NCBI GenBank assembly: GCA_963664705.1
Contig: OY761556.1
Span: 5,088,001-5,152,000 of the forward strand
Length of the DNA stretch: 64,000 nucleotides
DNA from: Acidobacteriota bacterium
Lineage (GTDB): Bacteria; Acidobacteriota; UBA6911
Direction of reading: 5' to 3'
This document shows, in pieces, positions 23,701 to 32,930 of the stretch (position 1 is its first letter; the number at the start of each line of letters is the position of its first letter). The translations under genes were made by a program, and so were the position numbers. The notes under the pieces were generated by a model. The model had not been told where the DNA came from. It did no database searches and saw only the letters and a program-made list of their open reading frames with translations.

Positions 23701-24188
23701 ACATTTCGACCGTTCAGAGGCATCTCCGTTACGGTGCGCGATTCAACAATCTGACTGAGAGTACCGCTTTCTGTTTGAAGCAATGGAGACGCGGAAGAAA
23801 CTTCAACCACCTCACTCAGTTGACCGACTTGCATGGAGATATCAATACGAAGAGCCGATTGCACTTCAACCAAAAGATTGTCGCGGGTGTAGTGCTTGAA
23901 ACCGTTCATTTCGACTTCTATCTTATAGCGACCCGGCACCAGATTGACGAACCGGTAGCTACCCGCTGTATCCGAAACAACGTTTCGTTTCTCTGTAGTT
24001 CCAACATTTGTGATTGTAACAGAGGCTCCCGGGATCACTCCTCCCGTCGAATCCGTGATGGTTCCGGTCAGCGAACCGTAGACTGTCTGAGCCTGCAGAG
24101 AAATGCCTGTTAAACTCATCAGGCACGCAAGACACAGCGCAGCAAAACATGCGAGTTTTGAACGGTAATCCTTCCGACTGCTATCCAT
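20718..24188 (-). CDS. TonB-dependent receptor, Oar/acidobacterial type
   Basis: GSLTGTITDSTGGVIPGA, MPLNGRN, DAVQEF, TKSGEN, LNLGLRWE, PRILQFALRLHY. Confidence 0.92.
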   Translation of the reverse strand: MDSSRKDYRSKLACFAALCLACLMSLTGISLQAQTVYGSLTGTITDSTGGVIPGASVTITNVGTTEKRNVVSDTAGSYRFVNLVPGRYKIEVEMNGFKHYTRDNLLVEVQSALRIDISMQVGQLSEVVEVSSASPLLQTESGTLSQIVESRTVTEMPLNGRNVMNLIALTPGVIPQGSSSGSALGNQHGSTYSNPAGWGNYQIGGGAAGQSAQFLDGVPMNVSLNNGIVLVPTQDAVQEFRVSTSNVSPEFGRFAGGVVSMATKSGENRFHGTAYEFLRNKVFNANNFFDNKNGTARPQWNQNQYGASLGGPVKKDKTFFYASWEGFKLRLGDPVYARVPTLEMRALCDKNCSQTAKAFYSMYALPNIPADPVTGFNFSANGPSGSNGNQASARLDQNISEKQHLFVRYTWWSGDTMSTDYFQNGYGKPGENHTTQQAVIGDTYTLNPTTILDGRIYFTYFRFDSMSPRTGKEDLSKYGSAWAALGSQMSVVYNPTPIVPPPFGGPIFFLFQNVSSTTWEDHIGGSGGLTKTLRSHTLKFGGELRQAYRRSFADNNASGQFTYVPSPPTFDPYTNIIFGQPVAGAIQTALTTGARSWYYAMYAADTWQVSKKLTLNLGLRWEQPGSFTEMHDRNTVLDPNAADSLTRFASNAYFTSLKGQLLLTNSTAYPDRQQNKLHWALFSPRIGLAYRLTDKTVIRMGAGISYLPSDLQGIDSPVMHATTNQWSGDVTNPWPNGILQPAGHNDNFMAGLAGTSINGVMPDQKYPVAQQWNFTIGHEFGNGLMLEASYAGSKGTHLPVQSGSINALSASQGLALNQLSPDIVKADLTAYPGEGPMHMVANPFFGQANTGVLGLSKTIMIGQLQRPYPQWGFGGLDFTGAPLQGNAGVSMNAPYMGSSSYNSMQIKLEKRFKSGGTIMGSYTWAKLISDTDTLNGFLEDNGGVGSGGQNAYDRRADRSLASFNVPHRLQVSYIYDLPFGHGKKFLGGAKGAADKLISGWGFNGQTTFQSGFPLNFSQSVNSGADGAVAYYFGGGAKRPNVIANCNAELSGSAQSRLNGWFNTKCFATSGQWEFGNEARVDPKLKAAGINNWDLAIFKKTHIKEDVNVEFRMEAFNLFNRVQFAAPSTDRNGTTFGIITSQANRPRILQFALRLHY

Positions 24189-24357
24189 GGTTGTCTCCTT
24201 GTGGCAAGGTCATTCGCGGCAGTGGTGCCGTTTTACGCTGTTTGATTCTCTCCTGAAGATCTCAAGAACTTGTCAAGATTTTCTGAATAATTTCTGAAGT
24301 TTATGTGCAACCATTGAGAATCCATCTAAATCGCCATAGGATGCTGAGCGGAGGTCG

Positions 24358-25068
24358 ATGATGTCTCAACGAATTCTGGTTGTCGACGACGACAAGTCCA
24401 TCGTGAAGGTGCTAGCCGGCTATCTAGAGCAAGCCGGATTCCTGGTTCTCTCAGCTTATGATGGCGAAACGGCACTGCACATCCTGCGTCGCGAACGGCC
24501 GGATTTGGTGATTCTTGATCTGATGATGCCCAAAAGAGACGGGTGGGAAGTCACCCGGATCATACGAGCCGATAAAGATCTCGTGTCTACTCCAATCATC
24601 ATGTTGACCGCGCGGTTTGAAGACACTGACAAAATTTCCGGACTGGAACTCGGCGCAGATGACTATGTGACAAAGCCCTTCAATGCGCGCGAAGTCGTTA
24701 CTCGCGTTAAAGCTCTACTTCGGCGACAACAACTGGATAAGATGCCGACCGCCACTCCAAAGATATTTACAAGCGGCGGGCTTCGCCTGGATGCAGATCA
24801 TCATACTCTTACCATCAACGGGCAGAGGGTGGAACTGACGCGCACGGAATTGAACCTTCTGGAAGTGCTGCTTGCGAATCCCGGATACACCATTACGCGT
24901 GATGAGTTGCTGGAGAAAGCGCTCGGATATGCGTATGAGGGTCTCGGGCGTGCGCTCGACACGCACATCCGCAATTTGCGCCGTAAAATCGAACCTGATC
25001 CCGATAATCCCACCTATATTCAAACAGTTCACGGAGTCGGCTATCGCTTCACAGGGGAACACTTATGA
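24358..25068 (+). CDS. OmpR/BaeR-family response regulator
   Basis: ILVVDDD, ILDLMMP, GADDYVTKPF, DTHIRNLRRKIE, TVHGVGY. Confidence 0.95.
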   Translation: MMSQRILVVDDDKSIVKVLAGYLEQAGFLVLSAYDGETALHILRRERPDLVILDLMMPKRDGWEVTRIIRADKDLVSTPIIMLTARFEDTDKISGLELGADDYVTKPFNAREVVTRVKALLRRQQLDKMPTATPKIFTSGGLRLDADHHTLTINGQRVELTRTELNLLEVLLANPGYTITRDELLEKALGYAYEGLGRALDTHIRNLRRKIEPDPDNPTYIQTVHGVGYRFTGEHL

Positions 25069-26120
25069 ATCGATTGTGGGTACGGATAGGCCTGATGCTC
25101 AGCACAGTGCTGTTCCTTGTGTTTTTTCTTCAATTCATTGAGATCAAACTAACCCGGGGAAAACCGGAGGAGCAGTTTCATGCCCCTTCCAATGCACAAA
25201 TTCAGCACCGCCTATACAGGTTTATGGGCTATTCACTGTTAGCCGGATTGGCAGGTGGTTTTGCAGTCGGTCATCTGATAAGCGCACCCATCACAGCGCT
25301 CGCCCGTGCGGCGCGCGAAGTGGGTCGCGGCAAATTGCACGTGCGCGTACCGGTCAAGGGCAGCCGCGAATTTCAGGATTTAGCAGAAGCATTCAATAGG
25401 ATGGCTTCTGCCCTGGAACAGGGAGAGACTCTTCGCAACAATCTGATGGCCGATATTTCTCACGAATTGCGAACGCCCCTGACAGTTCTGGAGGGAAATC
25501 TTCGCGCAGCGCTCGACCATGTTCAGAATCTCGATGAAGCCGGGATAGCCAATCTCTACACTCAGACCCGTCACCTCATCAGGCTTGTGAATGACCTTCG
25601 GGAATTGGCGCTCGCCGAAACCGGACAATTAAATCTTGAAATGGTGCCTACCGATTTGCGTCTGCTGATAAATGAAACCCTGCAGGCACTGGAACCTCTC
25701 GCGAGTGAAAGGAACGTACAACTGCGCGCTGAGGTTAAGGAGTTGCCGCCAGTGGAGGTAGATCCCATGCGCATACGTCAAGTGCTTTTTAACCTGCTCT
25801 CGAACGCCCTGCGTCATACATCTGCAGGGGGAATAATCAATGTATTCGGCGCGCAAAAACCATCAGGGGTAACCCTAACCGTCGAAGACTCGGGCGAAGG
25901 TCTGGAACGGGATGAATTGACAAATTTATTCAATCGCTTCTACCGGGTCGATAAATCCCGAAGCCGCGAAACTGGAGGTACTGGTTTGGGCCTGTCAATT
26001 GCTAAAGCCATTGTGGAAGCACATGGAGGAACCATTACCGCCTACAGCGCTGGGAAAAACCAGGGAAGTCGCTTTACGATAGCGCTATCGAACAATATTC
26101 ATCTTGTTTCTCGAGTATAG
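25065..26120 (+). CDS. HAMP sensor histidine kinase (BaeS-like)
   Basis: Two TM segments, HAMP, ISHELRTPL, NLLSNA, DSGEG, GTGLGL; ATGA overlap with the regulator. Confidence 0.95.
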   Translation: MNRLWVRIGLMLSTVLFLVFFLQFIEIKLTRGKPEEQFHAPSNAQIQHRLYRFMGYSLLAGLAGGFAVGHLISAPITALARAAREVGRGKLHVRVPVKGSREFQDLAEAFNRMASALEQGETLRNNLMADISHELRTPLTVLEGNLRAALDHVQNLDEAGIANLYTQTRHLIRLVNDLRELALAETGQLNLEMVPTDLRLLINETLQALEPLASERNVQLRAEVKELPPVEVDPMRIRQVLFNLLSNALRHTSAGGIINVFGAQKPSGVTLTVEDSGEGLERDELTNLFNRFYRVDKSRSRETGGTGLGLSIAKAIVEAHGGTITAYSAGKNQGSRFTIALSNNIHLVSRV

Positions 26121-26219
26121 ATTGTTTTCCGTATCCCCATGCCCTAAGCGTGATTTTGAACGGAACACACAGGATTACTACTCCTGGGAGTCTGCCTAAT
26201 TTTGTTTGGAGACAAGCAA

Positions 26220-26513
26220 CTATTTATCGCCGCTATAAGCATTATAGTGTTGCTGCAATTCCTCCAACAGATCTCTTTGACAAGTCGGTAACTGTTTCAA
26301 ACACATTTCGTACACAAGGCACTTCCGGCAATCGCCGAAGTTAGGACATTTGGTATTCCAACAATCGCATTTAAACTTGTCCGCTGCACGGGCACTCACC
26401 ATTGCCGCACGCATTTCTCCGGGTGTAACTTTTGGAGGATTATCTCTCCATTTGAACTTGTTCGACTGTGCCAGTATGTTTTTCTCGTCTTCCATTTTGA
26501 AGCCTCTTCCCAT
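26220..26513 (-). CDS. Small Cys-rich putative metal-binding protein
   Basis: CDCWNTKCPNFGDCRKC...C...PTC; paralog of the C-terminal half of 26611-27123. Confidence 0.7.
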   Translation of the reverse strand: MGRGFKMEDEKNILAQSNKFKWRDNPPKVTPGEMRAAMVSARAADKFKCDCWNTKCPNFGDCRKCLVYEMCLKQLPTCQRDLLEELQQHYNAYSGDK

Positions 26514-26610
26514 ATTAATAATCAGTAATGTCTATGCTTGCCCTCTATATTCCTTTTGCTCCACACTGCAGATGCTCACTGCGCCGATAGTGAGATGATT
26601 CGCGAATGCA

Positions 26611-27123
26611 CTATTTATCGCGGCTAAACAAAATATAGTGTTCCTCCAAGTTCCCCAACAGAGCCCTTTGGCAGGTTGGGAACTGCCTCAAGCACAAATG
26701 AAATACAATGCATTTCCTGCAATCACCAAAGATTACGCAGTGAGTATTCCAACAGTCGCATTTCATCTCGTGTGCTTTTTTAGAGCACGCGAATGCCGCG
26801 CGCATCTCATCTTTTGATACTTTGGGAGTGTTATCTCTCCATTTGTACTTGTTTGGCTGCTCCAGCACGTTCTTTAGTTCTTGCGGTTCGCCGCTTTCTT
26901 CTATGTCGCCGAAAGGGTCCATCATTTTTTGAAACTCTGAAACGGCTTCCGGTTTCAGCATGGATGTGATGACCTCAATGCCTCTCTTAAAAGCATCCGG
27001 GTCAAAGTTGCCCTCTTGGGGTGGCTTGAAGTTCTCCTCCAAGGCCGCTGCCATTGCTTCCTTCTTACCTTCTTGCGTGCGTTCCATGATGAAATCAAAG
27101 AAAAACTTTTGACCGTTTTCCAT
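26611..27123 (-). CDS. Hypothetical protein with C-terminal Cys-rich domain
   Basis: N-terminal helical domain plus NKYKWRD...CDCWNTHCVIFGDCRKC...PTCQR; RBS AGGAG. Confidence 0.72.
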   Translation of the reverse strand: MENGQKFFFDFIMERTQEGKKEAMAAALEENFKPPQEGNFDPDAFKRGIEVITSMLKPEAVSEFQKMMDPFGDIEESGEPQELKNVLEQPNKYKWRDNTPKVSKDEMRAAFACSKKAHEMKCDCWNTHCVIFGDCRKCIVFHLCLRQFPTCQRALLGNLEEHYILFSRDK

Positions 27124-27209
27124 TTGTGTTACTCCTTGCTATGGAATTGATAGGAATATCGGTAGCGAAGGCTCAAAAGTCAACCGGAATTATTTTGACC
27201 CCAGGCAGA

Positions 27210-27542
27210 AGTCGCATGAAGGATTTTCACGATCTTCAAAGCCTTAGCCGGGAATTCTCATTCGAAGCTACCCTCTTGTCAGAGGCCATGAGGAGAACGT
27301 TTGCAGCACGCGGCACTCAATTACCCTTAGGAATACCGCTCGCCCTTACAGCAGAGTTTTTCGACGACACGGACAAAAAGAAGCAATGGACCGCCTTTTG
27401 TCGAAGAAATCGCGGCTATGTTGCCGCTTTATCTTTGCAGCTTGTGTGTGAGGAATTATCTGCGTTTTTGATTCCGATTATACAAGCGCTAAATGGCGGG
27501 TCACCCTTGCCCGGGAAATGGTCGGCACGAACATGGAGCTAG
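27210..27542 (+). pseudogene. C-terminal remnant of an AbiEii-like nucleotidyltransferase toxin
   Basis: SRMKDFHDL...TF..RGT...QW.AF matches the AbiEii C-terminus; the N-terminal NTase domain and the antitoxin are absent. Confidence 0.7.
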
Positions 27543-27581
27543 AAAGAGAGCCAATTAAACAGCTTCGCCAAAGAAGCTCTA

Positions 27582-27827
27582 ATGGGAGAATCAATGGATT
27601 ACGACAAGGAAAAAGTTGATGAGATGGTACTGGCGCTAATGTCGTTGGTTATGCATGGTGACGACAGTGAAGTTCGAGCCTGGAAGAGTATTGATTGGGA
27701 TACAATGGATCGTCTTTACAGGAAAGGTCTGATTTCCGATCCCAAATCAAAGGCAAAATCCGTTGCGTTGTCCAAAGAAGCTGTCGAATTATCCGAATCT
27801 CTCTTTAAAAGACATTTTGGGATTTAG
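27582..27827 (+). CDS. DUF6429-like small protein
   Basis: DKEKVDEMVLAL...RAWKSIDWDTMDRL..KGLISDPKSKAKSV pattern. Confidence 0.75.
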   Translation: MGESMDYDKEKVDEMVLALMSLVMHGDDSEVRAWKSIDWDTMDRLYRKGLISDPKSKAKSVALSKEAVELSESLFKRHFGI

Positions 27828-27888
27828 AAACGAATCCAAGCCTTTTTAAGAGGCTCAGGAGTTTGAACCCGGTAAGTTGTTTTTTCAA

Positions 27889-27929
27889 TGCCGGGGATGG
27901 GAATTGAACCCACACGAGCCTTGCGGCCC
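27889..27929 (-). repeat. 3'-part tRNA-Leu fragment, att-like copy 2 (truncated before the anticodon)
   Basis: TGCCGGGGATGGGAATTGAACCCACACGAGCCTTGCGGCCC. Confidence 0.85.
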
Positions 27930-28030
27930 AACTTATTCCAATCTGTGCAACCTCCAGATGCAGCAAAACGCAAGCGTGAGTGGCAGCGATTTGCGCTCTT
28001 CTCGACATGTGGACGCTTTGACAACGACAA

Positions 28031-29668
28031 TTATGGCACCTTGCAGGCGAAATTGGCCGCGTCATCGGCGCCGCCGTTGCCCTTATATTTCGCAACCTGG
28101 GGATAAGGGCACAGCGGTCTGGTGAGTCTCGTGCCGTTTGATTGTTCCCCCGGGCCAGTTCCGATTTTTCCGGTACCGATCAGCCTCTCGGGCGCAACCC
28201 CCTGAGTGACCCACTTGTCGAGCGCCGTCACGATGTCGTGCTCGGCGTCCTGCGGCTGTTGGTTATCATCAAGAGCCACATTGCCGAAACTGACCGGTCC
28301 CGGCCCACCAGAGCAGTGTCCCATTCCCGGAACCATGAAGAGCCGGTAGAAATCGTCGACCGCATTCGATCCCTTATTGCGCGGGTCCGGATACTGTGCC
28401 ATGAAGGAACGCACCTTTTCGTAATAGGCAATCGAGTCCCGCGGTGCAATAGCGGCATCTCCCCAGCCGTGGTACTGGATTAGCTTACCGCCATTGGCAC
28501 GATAGCTTCTCAAGTCGGGGTTGTAGGAGTTCAGAATCGGCCCGGTCTTTTGATCTGCCAGCTTCAGGTCGCGATCGTAGTCCATGGTGCGCCAGTCCCA
28601 TTTCGGGTTTTCATATACTGCTTGCCCAAAAAAGGAATTGCCGAACATCGCCTGCACTGGGCCAAGAATCCAGATTCCCCAGCTGGTCGCATCGGCCTCT
28701 GTGCCCGGTTCGTACCCCGGATAAATCTGCTCGCCTGTTTTCGGATTCACGGGACCCGAGTAGATCTTTTTCAGCATCTCAATCTGCGGAGCGGTCAGAC
28801 AATCCGCCCGGTCTTCGCCTGCGCACTTCAACACGGAAGGATCAAACTTGCATTCGCGTGGATCATCGATCAGAAAATCTTTCACGCCGTCCAGCGCATC
28901 GCATACCGCGAGCGCCGCCTTTTGAATAACCGGCAGTTTCGTAACCGGAAGCGTGCCCGCCGGGTTGTCATGCAGCGCCTTCTCATTCCACACAAAGCCT
29001 GTAAAATGATGCGTCCAGTTGTTTGCGGGCGCACCCGCGACGATTCCGTTGAAGTCTTCCGGATACCGCTGTGCTTCCATCAATGCTTCGCGCCCCCCGT
29101 CGGAACAGCCGACGAAATACGCCTGAGTGTGATTCGTGCCGTAGAACGCGTGCAGTAGAACTTTGGAATGGATGGCGGTTTCATGCACCGCGCGGTAGCC
29201 GAAATCGATAAGTTTCTCCGGGTGCCCAATGGCCCACGCCGCATCCGGCATCTGACCTCCGGTATGCCCGTCGTCGGTGGCCGCAACGGCGTAGCCACGG
29301 TTAAGCGGGCCGATGAGGTCAGCTACTGGAATGGATCCGGCCCAGCCGCCATTTCCGCGCTGCATGTATTTGCCATTCCATGATCCGGGGTCGGGCATCC
29401 ATAGCTCGAAGTTGATCTCAGAGTCAGAGGTCGGGCGCGCGATGCCTTTCACCTCACAATGCCGGGGGACTTCGACCGATGTGCGAGGCGTGGGCGGATT
29501 GGGCGGCAGCTTCATCGGGCCTGCCTCCACAGTTCGCGCCGATACAATGGAGGCGTGACCCAGTTGTACGGCAATCAAGTTCTCGCAAGATTGCTGCGCC
29601 AGGATTCGGGTGGGTGAGACGACAGTCAGGAGAAGATAGCTCGCGAAGAGCAGATTACCGATTCGCAT
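28031..29668 (-). CDS. Tannase/feruloyl esterase family hydrolase
   Basis: Signal peptide, GNGGWAG, GCSDGGRE, YHGWGD, PGMGHC, RPLCPYP. Confidence 0.92.
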   Translation of the reverse strand: MRIGNLLFASYLLLTVVSPTRILAQQSCENLIAVQLGHASIVSARTVEAGPMKLPPNPPTPRTSVEVPRHCEVKGIARPTSDSEINFELWMPDPGSWNGKYMQRGNGGWAGSIPVADLIGPLNRGYAVAATDDGHTGGQMPDAAWAIGHPEKLIDFGYRAVHETAIHSKVLLHAFYGTNHTQAYFVGCSDGGREALMEAQRYPEDFNGIVAGAPANNWTHHFTGFVWNEKALHDNPAGTLPVTKLPVIQKAALAVCDALDGVKDFLIDDPRECKFDPSVLKCAGEDRADCLTAPQIEMLKKIYSGPVNPKTGEQIYPGYEPGTEADATSWGIWILGPVQAMFGNSFFGQAVYENPKWDWRTMDYDRDLKLADQKTGPILNSYNPDLRSYRANGGKLIQYHGWGDAAIAPRDSIAYYEKVRSFMAQYPDPRNKGSNAVDDFYRLFMVPGMGHCSGGPGPVSFGNVALDDNQQPQDAEHDIVTALDKWVTQGVAPERLIGTGKIGTGPGEQSNGTRLTRPLCPYPQVAKYKGNGGADDAANFACKVP

Positions 29669-29754
29669 ATTGTCCTTTCTGCGCAAAAGACCCAGAGAGT
29701 GCCTCGCAGACTAAACTGGACAAGGCATCGGTGCTATGCATGCAATCTCTATTC

Positions 29755-30531
29755 TCACGAACAACTCTGGCCAATTGGGCATGCCGCAAGGCAGCGAAAG
29801 CAAAAGTACTGGTTACTTATACTGTTTGCTTGGTACAAGCTTAAATACTCAGTGCTTTGGAGCATCGCTTTCTGCTCCTCGGGGGTTCCGTCACAAAAAC
29901 GGCACCAAAAGCCTATATTTGCTCTCATCCCGTAGGGCTGGCTGTTCCCCAGGCACTTCAGCATATCTGTTTTTCCTTCATCATCCAAAGCTCCAGCAGG
30001 GCACGCTTGAACACAAAGACCGCAACGGGTGCAGGGATTGGTTTCCAGGGCCGGGTCTGAAGTAAGCTCCAGTTTCGTCAGTACCGCCGTAAAGATCACC
30101 CGAGTTCCAAATTTAGGATGGACCACCAGGTTGTGGAGACCGAAGGAACCCAGGCCTGCTGACACCGCCGCATGACGAAGCGATACTTCGCCAACTCCGA
30201 TCTTTTGGTGATTAGTATAATCCATCGGATAGGAGACGGGGATCGTCACCGCAGGACTGCCGAGCTGGGTTTCAACATATCGGCCCACCCGATAACACGC
30301 AGATCGGGTGAATGCCATCAGGTCGAGCCTGGCGTTCATTGCCAGTTGTGGGCTCTGACTTTCGCAGGCCGACAACTCTCGGAAAGCCATGACAACCATG
30401 GATCTGACTCCGGGAAAAAGCGATTCTATTGATGGGGTCCTGGGACTTTGGTAGTCATCTACCGACGCGAATCCCACATCATCTACCCCCAGGCCCAAAA
30501 TGAAATCGCGAACAGCCTCTCTGTTTTTCAT
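29755..30531 (-). CDS. Epoxyqueuosine-reductase (QueG)-like 4Fe-4S protein
   Basis: SLRHAAVSAGLG, HPKFGTR, CTRCGLCVQACP, CFRCLAACP. Confidence 0.8.
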   Translation of the reverse strand: MKNREAVRDFILGLGVDDVGFASVDDYQSPRTPSIESLFPGVRSMVVMAFRELSACESQSPQLAMNARLDLMAFTRSACYRVGRYVETQLGSPAVTIPVSYPMDYTNHQKIGVGEVSLRHAAVSAGLGSFGLHNLVVHPKFGTRVIFTAVLTKLELTSDPALETNPCTRCGLCVQACPAGALDDEGKTDMLKCLGNSQPYGMRANIGFWCRFCDGTPEEQKAMLQSTEYLSLYQANSISNQYFCFRCLAACPIGQSCS

Positions 30532-30688
30532 TTCAATACTCCTTCATTTGCCTGGGGCTCAAACGCAGCCAATAGGGTCTCCTACGACGGTTTCTCCAGA
30601 GCATCTGGTATCTGCAAATGTCGACTGCGCATTCGATCCCGCAATCTTCCATGGCAGTAAATATGGAATTCTCGGTGTTCGTTTTTGT

Positions 30689-31657
30689 CTAGACGGGAAT
30701 TTTCGACTCACACGGAGTCCCCGTTTGGCAGAATCCGCAGCCATATCCAGTAATACCAAATTGCTTTTCGGAGTACTGGGTTGTAACAGCTAGTTGCTTT
30801 AAGCACGCATTCTTGTCGTGGCCTGATTTCGAGATAGCCCCCCCGGGACACCGTGTAATGCACATGCCGCAGGTGCCTTTGGCATAGAAGAGGCAATAAG
30901 CGTGATGATCTTCGTAGGGCCGGGGCGTTGGTGGAATTTGTATTCTCGCGACAACGGAACCGCAGCGCATCGCCTTGCCTTTAGGCGTGATCAAACCGTC
31001 GCAGAGTCCGAAAGTCCCTAAGCCCGCAGCATAGGCTGCATGCCGCTCAGAAAAGGTCGATGCGAGAACATAACGATCGGATTTCTGCATTTTATAAGCA
31101 GGAGAAAGGGTAGGGGCAACGGCTGAATATCCTGCCTTCGTCAGTGTGTCGGCAACATATCTTCTCAGCTCCTCATTGAATAGTTCACCGTACATTCGCG
31201 CGCGAACCCAGCGTTCTGCCGGATTTTTGGTTTCCTTCCTCAAATCCGCTTTGACCAATTCCGTTTGGGGCAGAATCCAGGAAATCACGGTCAGTTCTTC
31301 GGGTTTGGCTGGTGTTCCGGGAAAGGTTTGCTGAAATATTTCCAGCGGAGTCCAATGGAAAGGGCCGACCTTCTCCTTGTAAAGCATGTAGAGCGGGTCA
31401 TCGCCTCTCGAGAATCCTACCAGCGGCTCATCCCAGGCTTTTTCATTTGCCGGGTTCTTCAATGAATTGAGTGGTGACGTTGCGGTGAAATCCTTGATCA
31501 CTGAAGAGACCCACGTGGATGGATTGTCAATCCTCGCGGCTTGCGCGGCGAGAACAGCGGGAATTTGCAATTTCCCGACGACGCCAATAATTCCCGCAAT
31601 TGCGGTTCCATGAGTAGTCACTTTCAAGAAATCTCTTCGATCAAGTCCGTCCTTCAT
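30689..31657 (-). CDS. QueG/reductive-dehalogenase-like Fe-S protein with twin-arginine signal
   Basis: LDRRDFLK plus a hydrophobic stretch; SERHAAYAAGLGTFG, C-x7-CGMCITRCP, CGFCQTGTPC. Confidence 0.8.
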   Translation of the reverse strand: MKDGLDRRDFLKVTTHGTAIAGIIGVVGKLQIPAVLAAQAARIDNPSTWVSSVIKDFTATSPLNSLKNPANEKAWDEPLVGFSRGDDPLYMLYKEKVGPFHWTPLEIFQQTFPGTPAKPEELTVISWILPQTELVKADLRKETKNPAERWVRARMYGELFNEELRRYVADTLTKAGYSAVAPTLSPAYKMQKSDRYVLASTFSERHAAYAAGLGTFGLCDGLITPKGKAMRCGSVVARIQIPPTPRPYEDHHAYCLFYAKGTCGMCITRCPGGAISKSGHDKNACLKQLAVTTQYSEKQFGITGYGCGFCQTGTPCESKIPV

Positions 31658-31745
31658 AATGTGGCTCCTTTTCTTTCTGTCACTATGTTCATGCAATCTG
31701 ACCCGTGTCTGTTTTTATGAGCTCTTCGTTGAGGCGCTAATGGCT

Positions 31746-32285
31746 CTAAAATACTATGCAGCTGAAATATGTAACGGTATTGGGCCCATTGTAATATCTG
31801 ATCCCGGCGGTCTTCGCTAACTGCATTACATTTATCCCAAAACCCTCGATGGCCGGAAACATGCGCTCAGGAAAATGACATGGTTGGTTTGGATAGGCAC
31901 ATGTTTTGCAAACCATACATCCTTCGGTAGAAAGAGCCATGATGCGGTCGAACTGGGAACGAAACGTTCTTACCACCTCTTCCGTTATGGTTTCGTGGAC
32001 TGTCCTCGCTTCGTGCCATCCATTTACGTCATGCTTCTTCCGAAGTTGGCCCAACGAAGTGAAAACGAATATGCCCTGAAATGCGCTGCATCGATCTTTG
32101 CATTGATCAATGCTCCCTACACCAGGAGGACATGCCCATGATTTGCCATACATCCCGCAAGTATTCTTTTCGCACAGGGCTCTCACCTCGTTGGAGAACA
32201 TCAAGTGACGCGATTCTAAAAAGGCATACTCGTGTATCTTGAGACGATCACGGTTCTGAATAACTATTCGTTCTATTGCTTCCAC
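31746..32285 (-). CDS. DUF2284-like metal-binding protein
   Basis: VRALCEKNTCGMYGKSWACPP, GCMVCKTC, CHFP, EGFGINV. Confidence 0.78.
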   Translation of the reverse strand: MEAIERIVIQNRDRLKIHEYAFLESRHLMFSNEVRALCEKNTCGMYGKSWACPPGVGSIDQCKDRCSAFQGIFVFTSLGQLRKKHDVNGWHEARTVHETITEEVVRTFRSQFDRIMALSTEGCMVCKTCAYPNQPCHFPERMFPAIEGFGINVMQLAKTAGIRYYNGPNTVTYFSCIVF

Positions 32286-32325
32286 CGTAACGACCTCATT
32301 CGGTCAATGTTTTTACTTAATTCAT

Positions 32326-32339
32326 GGTGTATATACAAC
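32326..32339. promoter_or_regulatory. Putative MarR operator upstream of the DUF2284/QueG-like genes
   Basis: GGTGTATATACAAC, near-palindrome; matches the site at 32917. Confidence 0.6.
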
Positions 32340-32450
32340 CATCTCTGCAAAAAAAGGGGAATCCTTTTCCGTCCAGCAAACTGGTATGCTGTTCGCCATT
32401 CTGCGTTCCTGGGAATCATATTCAATGAAACAAAAGAATGCACAAAAGCT

Positions 32451-32912
32451 TCACCTGGAGAGGCGCTGTTTACTCAGGGTACTAAAGAGCACATTTATTG
32501 ATTGGACTCCTTTGACTCCTAAGAGCTCTCGTGCCGATGTTTGCGCTTTCTGCCATTCGCAATGTACGGCAAGAAGAAGCTTATGCCCATCCTCCGTGAC
32601 CCGAATAACTTGGGATGCCCCGTCGTCCCGAGGTCCAACTTCAACCCAACCTTTCTTCCGCATCCGATCGAGATTCCGACTTACCGTGGATTTTTCCATT
32701 TGGAGTGCCATGCCGATGTCGCCCGGACCAGACCCATTATGAATCGTCAGGAACACAAGCATGGATGCCTGATTGACCTTGATATCAAATTTCCGTAGAA
32801 CCCGATCATAGAGGTTGGTGATGACCCGCCCGACGAATCGTGCGCGAACCGCAATACATTGAGCGGCCATTTCCTCGGCAATTTGTGCGCTTTCTTCAGC
32901 CTTTTTATCCAT
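32451..32912 (-). CDS. MarR-family transcriptional regulator
   Basis: MEKSTVSRNLDRMRKKGWV...VTEDG winged helix; start at MDKK (32912). Confidence 0.88.
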   Translation of the reverse strand: MDKKAEESAQIAEEMAAQCIAVRARFVGRVITNLYDRVLRKFDIKVNQASMLVFLTIHNGSGPGDIGMALQMEKSTVSRNLDRMRKKGWVEVGPRDDGASQVIRVTEDGHKLLLAVHCEWQKAQTSARELLGVKGVQSINVLFSTLSKQRLSR

Positions 32913-32916
32913 GGTC

Positions 32917-32930
32917 GTTGTATATGCAAC
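32917..32930. promoter_or_regulatory. Putative MarR autoregulatory operator
   Basis: GTTGTATATGCAAC near-palindrome 4 nt upstream of the marR start. Confidence 0.6.

Noticed and set aside
29755-31657. Calling these genes queG or rdhA outright
   Set aside because: Only family-level motifs are visible; no RdhB, atypical lengths, and a Tat signal inconsistent with QueG
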